From a virus (Duplodnaviria; Heunggongvirae; Uroviricota; Caudoviricetes): a DNA stretch of 64,000 nt. Under the pieces are notes generated by a model, which saw only the letters and a list, made by a program, of their open reading frames with translations, made no database searches and was not told where the DNA came from. Location: IMG/VR virus record IMGVR_UViG_3300042922_000270. One strand, 5' to 3'. Positions 17,481 through 26,181 of the stretch are shown one piece after another. How positions within the stretch are numbered: the first letter of the stretch is position 1; each line of letters opens with the position of its first letter. The position numbers were made by a program, and so were the translations under genes.

Positions 17481-17614
17481 ATTCTGCTGGTGGACTCGAA
17501 CCACCTTTCTCTAACCGTAGTTAGCGCTTTATCCTGGTACTGAACCCATCACTCTTTTGGCTGTCCCTATTACGGGCTGTGACAGAGAACTCTTCCGTAT
17601 AAGCTAAAGCAGAA
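17481..17614 (-). ncRNA. 134-nt tRNA-like RNA with the anticodon arm replaced by a larger domain
   Basis: Acceptor TTCTGCT/AGCAGAA, TAGCTT...GAGT D-like arm, perfect T-arm GGTGG-TTCGAGT-CCACC. Confidence 0.65.
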
Positions 17615-17744
17615 TAGTGAGATAGGAGACCGAGGAAACCTATCCCGGATATACAAGCTACCTCTGGAAACGCCCAGAGCCGATACACCCAACTTTGACC
17701 CAGACGCAGAGCGTTATGGATCGTATCTTCTTCTCTTGTATAAG

Positions 17745-17818
17745 CCCGCACGCCTGGATTCGAACCAGGGACCCTCGGATTAGAAGTCCGATGCTCTATC
17801 CATCTGAGCTACGCACGG
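17745..17818 (-). tRNA. tRNA-Arg(TCT)
   Basis: TAGCTCAGATGGATAGAGCA TCGGA-CTTCTAA-TCCGA...GGTTCGAATCC. Confidence 0.93.
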
Positions 17819-17824
17819 TGATGA

Positions 17825-17899
17825 TTACTTCTTGTTGAGACCCTTGGTGACGCACCACTGAGTCTTACCGCAGTTACAGTAGACACAACGACAGTTCAT
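17825..17899 (-). CDS. 24-aa Cys-rich micropeptide (not in ORF track)
   Basis: GAAAGGA SD; MNCRCVYCNCGKTQWCVTKGLNKK. Confidence 0.5.
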   Translation of the reverse strand: MNCRCVYCNCGKTQWCVTKGLNKK

Positions 17900-18079
17900 G
17901 ATGGAGAGTCCTTTCTCTACTAAGGGTAGCCCTATCACCTTTGTGTTGGTGACTAAGGCTACCCGCTGCTATGAAGATGATCAAGGTGAGTGGTGAAAGC
18001 AAACACCCTGATCACTCTAATCTGGGACAGTGACGAAAGATATCCCAGATAGAAACTTGGGCCATATTAAAGGCCCCAG

Positions 18080-18152
18080 TGGAACCTCAGGGATTCGAAC
18101 CCTGGACCAATGGATTATGAGTCCACTGCTCTAACCGCTGAGCTAAGGTTCC
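18080..18152 (-). tRNA. tRNA with CAT anticodon (Ile2-like or elongator Met)
   Basis: GGAACCT TAGCTCAGCGGTTAGAGCA GTGGA-CTCATAA-TCCAT...GGTTCGAATCC AGGTTCC. Confidence 0.92.
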
Positions 18153-18176
18153 CTGGGAATGAACGAAGACCTTCGA

Positions 18177-18464
18177 TTAGTCCTGCTCGATACCGGTGTC
18201 AGCAAGGTCGTCTGCCTCGTAACCTGACCCATTAGAGGAATGACTCAGACAGGGATCATCAGTGATGACTCTGTTGAGGATATCCTCAGGCGTAGGCCTG
18301 ATTAGCTTAGCATCAACCCATCTGGGTTTGTTGGATCCCTTTGGCATGACTTTGACCTTGTTATTGGTCTCATCATATTCCATGAAGAACCCTCGAACAA
18401 ACGTGACACCAGTGATAGAGTATTCAATTTCAGTCTTCGGCTGTGGTCTATACTGCTGTGGCAT
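18177..18464 (-). CDS. Hypothetical protein
   Basis: 95-aa ORF with AAAGGT SD. Confidence 0.7.
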   Translation of the reverse strand: MPQQYRPQPKTEIEYSITGVTFVRGFFMEYDETNNKVKVMPKGSNKPRWVDAKLIRPTPEDILNRVITDDPCLSHSSNGSGYEADDLADTGIEQD

Positions 18465-18563
18465 GGTTGTGGGGTTACCTTTGAAAGCTACACCCAGAAG
18501 GCCCCATAGATATTACTACCTACAGGGCCCTCTGGATCTAGGGCTTACCTAGTAAGAAGGGTG

Positions 18564-19442
18564 CTACTTGCGCTCCGGACCACCTTGCCCTGAGGCTCCG
18601 TAGGTCTGGAAGTTCGAACCAAGGGGAACCCCCTGGTCTCCCTCTTCACGGGATTCCGTGAAAGGCGCTTGGGCAGCGAGTGTGTCTGCGGTCATGCCCT
18701 CTCGGACACCAGCCGTTGTGACGGGCTGCTGGCCAGGAGTCACGTGCTCAGGGTTATCGATCATCTCGAGTTTCCCAGAGAACGTGTCGTGCTTCTTGCT
18801 GATGGGTTGCCCCAACGTGGGAAGCTTCTTCAGCTCAGCGTTGACAGCCCAGGACTTGCCGGTTTCCCGGTCAAGCATATCCTGGACATCGAGCAGATGA
18901 TCATTGACCAGCTTCTCGTTGTCTTCGTTGAAGTCGTCAGAATGAGCATGGACTTCACAGTAAGCCACGGAACCCATCAGGGTCACTCCGACCTTCTTGG
19001 CCCAGTCAAACTTCTGCAGGATCGATTGCTCGATCTGAACAGAGAGCTTGGACTGCTGGGATTGATAAACGCCAGTCTGCACGTGCGGAGCAGCGTTCAC
19101 AATAGCCATTTCAGGGTGCTGAGCCTCCCAGAGCAACGGATTGTTGGCACGGGGAAGGAACTGCACGGGCTTGACCTGATCGTTGGTATCCTCCAACCGG
19201 ATACCCGCTACCACAGCAGGATCGAAGTCATCCGGAAGGACAACGTTACGATACGCTGGGAGAGAGCTTTGCTGAGGGTTCTTCCCCAGCCGGATGTGGA
19301 GGTAGGCCGAAGCACGCCCGTTGAACCCACCGCCGGGGAAGAACTCAGCGTTCTCCACCTTCGATAGGGTGCTCATGGGAATGTTCGAGTCGTTTGCCAA
19401 CAGGGTCTTACCCTCGTTGTTGACCAATACAATCTTGATCAT
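18564..19442 (-). CDS. Hypothetical protein
   Basis: 292 aa, GAAGGT SD, biased codon use. Confidence 0.85.
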   Translation of the reverse strand: MIKIVLVNNEGKTLLANDSNIPMSTLSKVENAEFFPGGGFNGRASAYLHIRLGKNPQQSSLPAYRNVVLPDDFDPAVVAGIRLEDTNDQVKPVQFLPRANNPLLWEAQHPEMAIVNAAPHVQTGVYQSQQSKLSVQIEQSILQKFDWAKKVGVTLMGSVAYCEVHAHSDDFNEDNEKLVNDHLLDVQDMLDRETGKSWAVNAELKKLPTLGQPISKKHDTFSGKLEMIDNPEHVTPGQQPVTTAGVREGMTADTLAAQAPFTESREEGDQGVPLGSNFQTYGASGQGGPERK

Positions 19443-19509
19443 ACCGATATACCTTCTTTCTGTTTAGGTCAGATAACCATTACTGGCTCCGACCTGGTGG
19501 ACTGCACCG

Positions 19510-20316
19510 CTACAGATTGATGATATTGTTGTCGCGCTCAGGCGAGGGCGTCTCACGACCGAACGGAGTACGACCGATCTGCAGGACTTGGTTGGAACCA
19601 CGACGCTGCGGAATCGGCTGCTCAGCACGGTACCGCTCAGCGCTGTCCCTATTGGCCCAGCTCTCAGCAGTAGCCTTGACGGCTCGATCAGCTGCCCGCA
19701 TCTTGGCGGACTCGGTATTCTCGTAGATCTCTTCGGCAGAGCCGGCAGCAGTACGGAGTTGAGGCCTGTAGAATTCGATGGTGTAGTTGACCGGCGTCAC
19801 CCAAAGGGAACCCTTCAGGAGATTTCTGTCACGACCATCGGCATCGAAGCCTTCACCGTAGTTCTGATGGTTCTGCTGGATGAACCCCTCGCATTCCAGC
19901 ATCAGAGCGTTCTGATTCTGTTTCTGCAAGAGGTACAGGTCCTCGTCCAGGATCTCGAACACCACAGGAAGGGTGTTGGGATCGATCAGGGCGATGTCGT
20001 CGTTCTCAAGATTGTGCACCTTGATCTTCGGGGAGTTTTCCACGCTGCCCAGAATACTGAACAGGTAGGCTTCCCGATAACCAGGGGGAACAACATCGAA
20101 CTGCGTACCGATCTGACTGCTCAGACCAGCAAGACCCAGGTTGTAGAGCATCGTGTTGCGCTGCTCTTCATCGAAGGTATTGCTGATCGGGACGAGGGCC
20201 GTTCTGCGAAGAGGCGTATGGTAGAAGATACCCGAACCACCAAAGGTGGGTCGACGACGCTTGATAAGCATCGATATACGCTGTACGGCATCAGGGTGGA
20301 CTTTTGCGATAAGCAT
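19510..20316 (-). CDS. Hypothetical protein
   Basis: 268 aa, biased codon use. Confidence 0.85.
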   Translation of the reverse strand: MLIAKVHPDAVQRISMLIKRRRPTFGGSGIFYHTPLRRTALVPISNTFDEEQRNTMLYNLGLAGLSSQIGTQFDVVPPGYREAYLFSILGSVENSPKIKVHNLENDDIALIDPNTLPVVFEILDEDLYLLQKQNQNALMLECEGFIQQNHQNYGEGFDADGRDRNLLKGSLWVTPVNYTIEFYRPQLRTAAGSAEEIYENTESAKMRAADRAVKATAESWANRDSAERYRAEQPIPQRRGSNQVLQIGRTPFGRETPSPERDNNIINL

Positions 20317-20629
20317 TGCTTACCACTTCCCTTCTTAGTTCACGTTCTCATACAGTGAAACACAGACGTGCACATCTGCGCTCGTGTGGAATGCACACCC
20401 AGGCCCGGTTGCCCAGCCCGTTGAGATACGTGAGGAACCACTACTAATGGTCCCCATTCAATACGCCATTCTGGGGGGAATGGTTCAGGTGTATTACTAC
20501 ACTGGTGTACTGAATGGGAATCACTACCAGAAAGCTCCAGTCAACTCACTCGATAGCAAAGCCCCAATAGTTGGTTGACCTGCCCGACTTGTATCAAGTG
20601 AATTGAGTGGAGATTTCTCGGTGAAGGGT

Positions 20630-20660
20630 TTAAAAGGGGGAAGGCCCGAAGGCCCTCCCC
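20630..20660 (-). terminator. Intrinsic terminator
   Basis: GGGGAGGGCC-TTCG-GGCCTTCCCC-CTTTT after the stop at 20669. Confidence 0.8.
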
Positions 20661-20668
20661 GAAGGTGC

Positions 20669-21358
20669 TTAGTTCTCGACCGGCTCCTCGACGGTACCGT
20701 GAGTGACGGGGACTTCCTCGTCGTTCTTCTCCATCACCTGGGTACCGCTGGCCGCCTTGGCCGCCTTGGACTCCAGGTACTTGGCGTGGTCCTCGCGGGA
20801 CGCGTTGATGCGGTCCTGACGACCGGCCTCGCGGCGCTCCTTCCACGACTGGGCGGACTTGGTCTTCGCCTGGATGTTCTTCTCGCGGGACACGCGGGTG
20901 GCGTCCTCGGCCTCGTCCGCCGACATGACGGAGCTGACCTGCGGAGCGGGAGCCGCGTTGATGTCCTTCTCGAAGTCCGTGCGGGCGTAGATGTTGCCCT
21001 CCAGGATGCCGGCGTCACCGGTCTGGGTCACCTCGGCGTAGAGGGTGATCACCCAGGCGTTGCCGTCCTGCTCGTTGAGCTGCTCGACCCAGTTCTCGGG
21101 CAACTCGAAGTTGCAGGTGACGTTGGCCTTGTCCTGCAAGACCGTCTCGCCGGTGGGCAAGAGCAGCTTGAGCATGGCGGTCCCGTCGCCGGCGTCCGGA
21201 TCGGGCATGATGGTGCCGACCACGCTGTGGACGTCATCACCCTTGTGCGAGCGGTTCTTGATGGGCTTCGAGCGGAAGTCGTCACCCATCTTGCGCAGGA
21301 CCTGCACGGTCAGCTTCTGGACGTACGTCTTGGCGTCCTTCTTGATGTTGAAAGCCAT
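20669..21358 (-). CDS. Hypothetical protein, strongly GC3-biased (start corrected to MAFNIKK)
   Basis: GAAAGGAG hairpin SD directly upstream of ATG 21358. Confidence 0.85.
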   Translation of the reverse strand: MAFNIKKDAKTYVQKLTVQVLRKMGDDFRSKPIKNRSHKGDDVHSVVGTIMPDPDAGDGTAMLKLLLPTGETVLQDKANVTCNFELPENWVEQLNEQDGNAWVITLYAEVTQTGDAGILEGNIYARTDFEKDINAAPAPQVSSVMSADEAEDATRVSREKNIQAKTKSAQSWKERREAGRQDRINASREDHAKYLESKAAKAASGTQVMEKNDEEVPVTHGTVEEPVEN

Positions 21359-21517
21359 TGGTCTTTCTCCTTTCGAACTGAGAAAGAAGTTGGATACGAT
21401 TCCACACGTGTGAAACCTTTCCAACAGAGTGGACAGTGTAAACCACTGCCCCTCCTGAAGCCTAGGAGTTAGAAACTTTGTAGCTTTGCAGCTTCGCGAC
21501 TTTGTTTTCCTCGCCTC

Positions 21518-21675
21518 TTCTGAGGTTGAGGAGCTTCGGAGTTTTGCATCCTTGGCTAGATCGCTCCTTCTGAGGGTGCGGAGCTGCGGAGCCTAGCAGT
21601 TCTGTCATCCTAGCCCATTCTGAGGTTGCGGGGCCTAGTGTTCCTGAGGCAGATTCTGAGGCAGCGGAGCTGTGG
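21518..21675. repeat. Iteron-like direct repeats TTCTGAGG(T/G)TG(C/A)GG
   Basis: Copies at 21518, 21568 and 21618 (exact 50-bp period), plus variants at 21643 and 21654. Confidence 0.75.
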
Positions 21676-21688
21676 TAGTCCGAGGGAT

Positions 21689-21742
21689 GTAAATAAACAC
21701 TACAGGATAGAGGATTAACTAAACCAAGTAGTGTTTATTTAC
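21689..21742. repeat. 15-bp perfect inverted repeat
   Basis: GTAAATAAACACTAC...GTAGTGTTTATTTAC directly after the RNAP stop codon. Confidence 0.8.
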
Positions 21743-21751
21743 TCCTTCTAG

Positions 21752-24700
21752 TTAGAGGACGCTACGGAGATCAACCTTGATCGGAGCGTTGTCGGAGTAC
21801 TCAGCCTTCTCGATGGACTTGAGGATCTCGTTGACATCCGCAAGAGCAGGAGCAGCAGCCTTGAGGATAGCACCGGTAAGCGAGTAGTCAGGCATCATGA
21901 AGTCAATCATTTCAGGCGTGACCAAGCTAACCAGAGAGGTGCCGTCCTCGTAGCGGGAGTTCTCCCAGAGACCAGCGCCTGCACGACGAAGCGTACCGTA
22001 GATGATGGCCTCGTTGAGCAAGAACTCGTCCTGCATGTGGTCAGGCAGTTCCTCCTTGAACTCAGCCCAATCCTGATCGAAGTTCTTGTTCTCCTCGCTG
22101 TTATCCAGACCGGCCTTCTCAATCTTACTGTAGATAGAGGTGACCACAATGGACCACAGCATGGCATCGGCTTCATCCACGGTCAAGTCGATATCGATGA
22201 GATCGAACAGGACCTGAGTGGCGAAGATGCCCTCGAACATGGTGAACTTCTCACCGGTCTTGTCATCGGTCATGACCTTGAAGGAGATCTCCTTCTCCTT
22301 GAGCATGTCGAAGACGTTGACATCACCAATGCTTTCGGTAGCGCCGATACGCAGGGTGTTGTTAGAACCCAAACGCTGGATCTTCTCAGCCGCAAACAGA
22401 GCAATATCAGAGATACCACTCAGAGCGAGGCCCTCGTAGATACGACGCCACACCTTAGCACAGGCAGTAGCAACACCGGGGTTGTAGTTGTCCAAGATCT
22501 CGTCAGGATCGTGGCCCTCGTCAGCGAGGATATGAGGGTGCTTCTCCGCCAGGAAGCGACGGGTGTCCTCGTACTCATGACGGAAGGTCAGAGCAGAAGC
22601 CATCGAGAACGCTTTACCAACGAAGATGGTGTAGTGAGAACCAACCGAACGAAGGATCTGCACGTACCGCTGCAGGGAGATGATGCCCTTCTCGGGGTTG
22701 TAGGGGGCGAAGAACGACTTCTTGTTAGCACCATCAAAGAAGTCCAGGAACGGAACCTCCTTGTTGGCCCAAGAAGTGTAGTAGCCCTTCTGTCCGAAGA
22801 AGGAGTTGTTCAGGCGCTTCTGCATCTTCTCGACGCGAGCCTTGAACTCATCATCACTCTCATCGGCCTTCTGACGAGCAGCGAGCAGACCAGCGATACC
22901 ATCACCGTCACCGTCGCCTTCGTTACCCTCGTGCCAGACGAGAGAATCAATCAGGAAAGTACCGATGGGAGCCTTGTCAGTGACCTTAGCCCGCAGCAGA
23001 ACCATCGAGATCATGGGAGAGCGAGTGACGTAGAGCCAATCACCATCCTTGATCTTGCCCTGAATGACCAGAGGATCGTTGGGGTTGATACCCACCTCAT
23101 CATCAGCGATGTAGTCGAGGTCAATGGTCTTAACCTTACGGCCGAACATGATCTTGTCCGTACGGGTCAGACCCTTCAGGACACCAGGGCTAGAAATCCA
23201 GGACTTCAGGCCACCATTGATCATACCCAGGTAACGGTTGAGAGCATCCGACCAACCATCGGGGCTGGTCTCCTCGGTGATGTGGAGCAGGAGCTTGAGA
23301 GCGGTCGAGCCGATGCGGTCAGCCTTCGTGGTGAACTTGGCCAGTGCATCGAAACGAAGGTGAACGGCAGTCTCCTTACCGCTACCACGCTCAGAAGCAA
23401 TGGTCAGACCATCAGGGAAGGTCTTGTGGAACATCTCGAAGACGCGACGAGCACCCTTCTGAAGCAGCAGGTCAGCGAAGACAGGCAGTTCAGGGTTGTT
23501 CGTAGCACCATTCACCCAACGCTCAGCAGCAGGAACGCGAGCAGCCATCTTGAGCATGGAGACAGTGTCTTCACGCCGGTCTGCATTGTCTTCCCAGAGC
23601 TTGAGGGCCAGGTCGCTGTTGATGGTGGCAAGGGTAACCAAGCCTTCACCAATGAGACCCTGAACACCCATGTTCTCACGGACGGTGCTGACCTCAATGG
23701 CCAGAACGATATCCGCTTCGATGTAGGTGACGAGCTGACCGATGGTACGCGTGGCATCATCGAACTCGTAGCCCTCTTTGCCGTCCTTCTTGGCCTTGAG
23801 CAGTTGATACTGACGAGGCTTCATCGGAGGCGTGTAGAACCAGGCTTCCTTGGTGTTGTCCTCCTTCCACTGAACGAAGTCAGCGAGCTGTTCAGGGGTC
23901 AGGCCCTTGTTAGCATCGAAGTCGAGACCACCAGGAACAGTGTCTGCGTAGGCTTTCAGCAAAGCAGAGAAGCCCAGATCCTGCTTGATGGTTTCACAGC
24001 CGAAGATGACGTCCTTCTGCTCGATGATCTCGGTCTTGTCCTTGCTCAGCATCTTGATGGCCTGGTTGTACAGGGTCGCCTTGATGCCGAAGCCACGGAG
24101 CTTAGCAGCCCGCTCATTGTAAGCAACACGAATGGGAACAGTACCCGCAATGTCGATGGTCTTCACCTTCTCACCATCCGGGTAGTACTCGATGTTCGTG
24201 TAGGTGATCTTGGGCAAGCCCATGACATAACCACTCATGCCCTTGTCGGTCTTACCGAAAGTGCAGACAGGCACGCCCTTGAACTTGAGCAGATCATCAC
24301 CAGGCTTGACCTTACAGCCCTTGGGAGCTTCGTGGACGTTCTCTTCAGGCTCACCGTTCTCCAAAGCAGTAGCAGCATCAGGGAAGGCAGCGAAGTGCTC
24401 AGCCACAAACATGTCAACGTCCTGACCACCAACAAAGATGCCGGCGTCGTTGAACTTCTCCTGTTTGTTAACCGAGATGGTCAGCTCCAAATCAGGGTGA
24501 GCGTAAGCAACACCCGAACCGGACTCGAACTCCCAGTTGCTGAAGATGGCACGCATACGAATGCCCAAGCTCTTGTCACCAGCACGGATAAGGCCGGACT
24601 CTTCCAAGAGGGACGGGTTGTTGAGACGGGACACACCAGTGCGCTTGTGGTAGAAGGTATTGGTATCACCCTCAATCACGTCTGCGGTCTGCTGGTCCAC

Positions 24701-26107
24701 GAGCTGCGCACGGTTAGTGGTCTTACCCGGCTTGGAAGCGTCGTTGCTGTTACGCACGAACACTTCACCCTCTTCATCGATGAAGACGCCGAACATACGA
24801 ATGTTGGCACCCTCACCACAGTAGAGAGTATCCACCAGAGCGGAGCTGCTAACGGGCACAGGATCAGGAACCCAGTTACCATCAGCATCCTTCTTCTTGC
24901 GGGTCAGCCAGTACTCGGCAGCATCAGAGATGCTCTGAGGGGAACGCTGATCCACCAGGACGGGCCTCATCTTGTTGTTCGCGGTGAGAGCCACAATACC
25001 ACAAGTGTTGAGAGCCATCGTGATGTAGGACTGACCGCTGACAGCGTAGTCCATGATGTCACGGCAGAAGGACGAGGTAGCCGACAGAGCCAGCTTACCG
25101 GTCACGTCCTTGATATCCTGGCTGTTCTTAAGGAAGTTGATCCACTGCCACACCATCTTCGCAGGGGAGATCTCCCGATTGGTGTCGGGGTTGTACTGCC
25201 AGTTGGCGAAGATCTTCGGGAGCTTGTCGCCCGTGGTCATCGTCCACATGTTGCTGTAGATCTTGCTACCCATCTGCATGCTGAAGATGTGCTCGACCTT
25301 GATATCAAACCCACGAACAGGCTGGAAGGTCATGATGCCGACGTTGTTGAACTGACCGGTGGCCTCGTACGTAGCACCAACAGTCATGAGAGCCATCTCT
25401 TTGAGAGTCAGGTCACGACCAGTGGCGAAGCGGTTGGCGAGGATACGGGAAGGAGTCCAGATGTTCTCTTGGGGAGCGCCAGCCTTGAGCAGTTTCTTGA
25501 CGTGCTTGGGCTTGGACACGAACCAGTGGAACTTCATGAAGCTCCCAGGAGGATAGCTCACCTCCAACGTGAGAGGATCGATCTCGGCTTCGAAGTTGCT
25601 CTTCTTGATCTGATCGATGGTCACGCTGGGAACATCAACATCGGTGAGGATGTTGCGCGCCTTGGTGGGAAGCATCGAAGCACCATCCGAACCAACGATC
25701 TGACGGAGCAGGCCCTCTTCGTACATCAGGGACATCTGTTCGGGAACGAACTCAATCCCAGCAGCGATGTGGCCATAGATGAAGTTGAACTTCTTGATGT
25801 GGATGATCTTCTCGCTATCCTTGAGACCAGCAGGCAGGTCCAAGGCAGCGTTGATATCCAGATCGGAGTAGCCACGGTTGATCATCATGTCCACGATGAG
25901 GTTGAGGTGCAGTTCACCAGGCGACTCCTGAGAACGCAGAGGCAGCTCAGCACGGTTGTCATCGATGAAGATCTTGGGCTCTTCCACCTCGGAATCACGC
26001 TTGACGGTGTAGCCCCAGGCTTCGAGAGTAGCGGCCAGGTTCTTGGTGTTGAAGCCCTCGTTGTTGGGGTCGAAGGTCTTCTTGCCCTTGTTAATGTTGA
26101 AAGCCAT
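21752..26107 (-). CDS. Putative single-chain two-barrel RNA polymerase (non-virion)
   Basis: YVTRSP...GNEGDGDGD (beta'-type RxP and DxDGD) preceded by AKLRGFGIKA (beta-type K...GxK). Confidence 0.75.
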   Translation of the reverse strand: MAFNINKGKKTFDPNNEGFNTKNLAATLEAWGYTVKRDSEVEEPKIFIDDNRAELPLRSQESPGELHLNLIVDMMINRGYSDLDINAALDLPAGLKDSEKIIHIKKFNFIYGHIAAGIEFVPEQMSLMYEEGLLRQIVGSDGASMLPTKARNILTDVDVPSVTIDQIKKSNFEAEIDPLTLEVSYPPGSFMKFHWFVSKPKHVKKLLKAGAPQENIWTPSRILANRFATGRDLTLKEMALMTVGATYEATGQFNNVGIMTFQPVRGFDIKVEHIFSMQMGSKIYSNMWTMTTGDKLPKIFANWQYNPDTNREISPAKMVWQWINFLKNSQDIKDVTGKLALSATSSFCRDIMDYAVSGQSYITMALNTCGIVALTANNKMRPVLVDQRSPQSISDAAEYWLTRKKKDADGNWVPDPVPVSSSALVDTLYCGEGANIRMFGVFIDEEGEVFVRNSNDASKPGKTTNRAQLVDQQTADVIEGDTNTFYHKRTGVSRLNNPSLLEESGLIRAGDKSLGIRMRAIFSNWEFESGSGVAYAHPDLELTISVNKQEKFNDAGIFVGGQDVDMFVAEHFAAFPDAATALENGEPEENVHEAPKGCKVKPGDDLLKFKGVPVCTFGKTDKGMSGYVMGLPKITYTNIEYYPDGEKVKTIDIAGTVPIRVAYNERAAKLRGFGIKATLYNQAIKMLSKDKTEIIEQKDVIFGCETIKQDLGFSALLKAYADTVPGGLDFDANKGLTPEQLADFVQWKEDNTKEAWFYTPPMKPRQYQLLKAKKDGKEGYEFDDATRTIGQLVTYIEADIVLAIEVSTVRENMGVQGLIGEGLVTLATINSDLALKLWEDNADRREDTVSMLKMAARVPAAERWVNGATNNPELPVFADLLLQKGARRVFEMFHKTFPDGLTIASERGSGKETAVHLRFDALAKFTTKADRIGSTALKLLLHITEETSPDGWSDALNRYLGMINGGLKSWISSPGVLKGLTRTDKIMFGRKVKTIDLDYIADDEVGINPNDPLVIQGKIKDGDWLYVTRSPMISMVLLRAKVTDKAPIGTFLIDSLVWHEGNEGDGDGDGIAGLLAARQKADESDDEFKARVEKMQKRLNNSFFGQKGYYTSWANKEVPFLDFFDGANKKSFFAPYNPEKGIISLQRYVQILRSVGSHYTIFVGKAFSMASALTFRHEYEDTRRFLAEKHPHILADEGHDPDEILDNYNPGVATACAKVWRRIYEGLALSGISDIALFAAEKIQRLGSNNTLRIGATESIGDVNVFDMLKEKEISFKVMTDDKTGEKFTMFEGIFATQVLFDLIDIDLTVDEADAMLWSIVVTSIYSKIEKAGLDNSEENKNFDQDWAEFKEELPDHMQDEFLLNEAIIYGTLRRAGAGLWENSRYEDGTSLVSLVTPEMIDFMMPDYSLTGAILKAAAPALADVNEILKSIEKAEYSDNAPIKVDLRSVL

Positions 26108-26181
26108 TGTTTGTTTACTTCCTTTCGTTGAAGTAACAAATCGGGGAGCCGAAGCTCCCCTGCAAACCTACAATATAGGGA

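Noticed and set aside
17077-17614. Canonical or two-piece tmRNA
   Set aside because: No Ala acceptor identity and no identifiable tag reading frame; kept only as tRNA-like RNAs.
16933-17751. ORFs 16933..17127, 17247..17444 and 17521..17751
   Set aside because: They overlap tRNA-like or structured elements and lack SD and codon bias.
21481-21680. Possible CRISPR array
   Set aside because: The repeat core is only about 8-14 nt and degenerate, the spacers share sequence, and no cas genes are visible.
22037-26131. 1364-aa plus-strand ORF
   Set aside because: Codon-register shadow of the RNAP gene, which avoids CTA/TTA/TCA; no SD or recognisable motifs.
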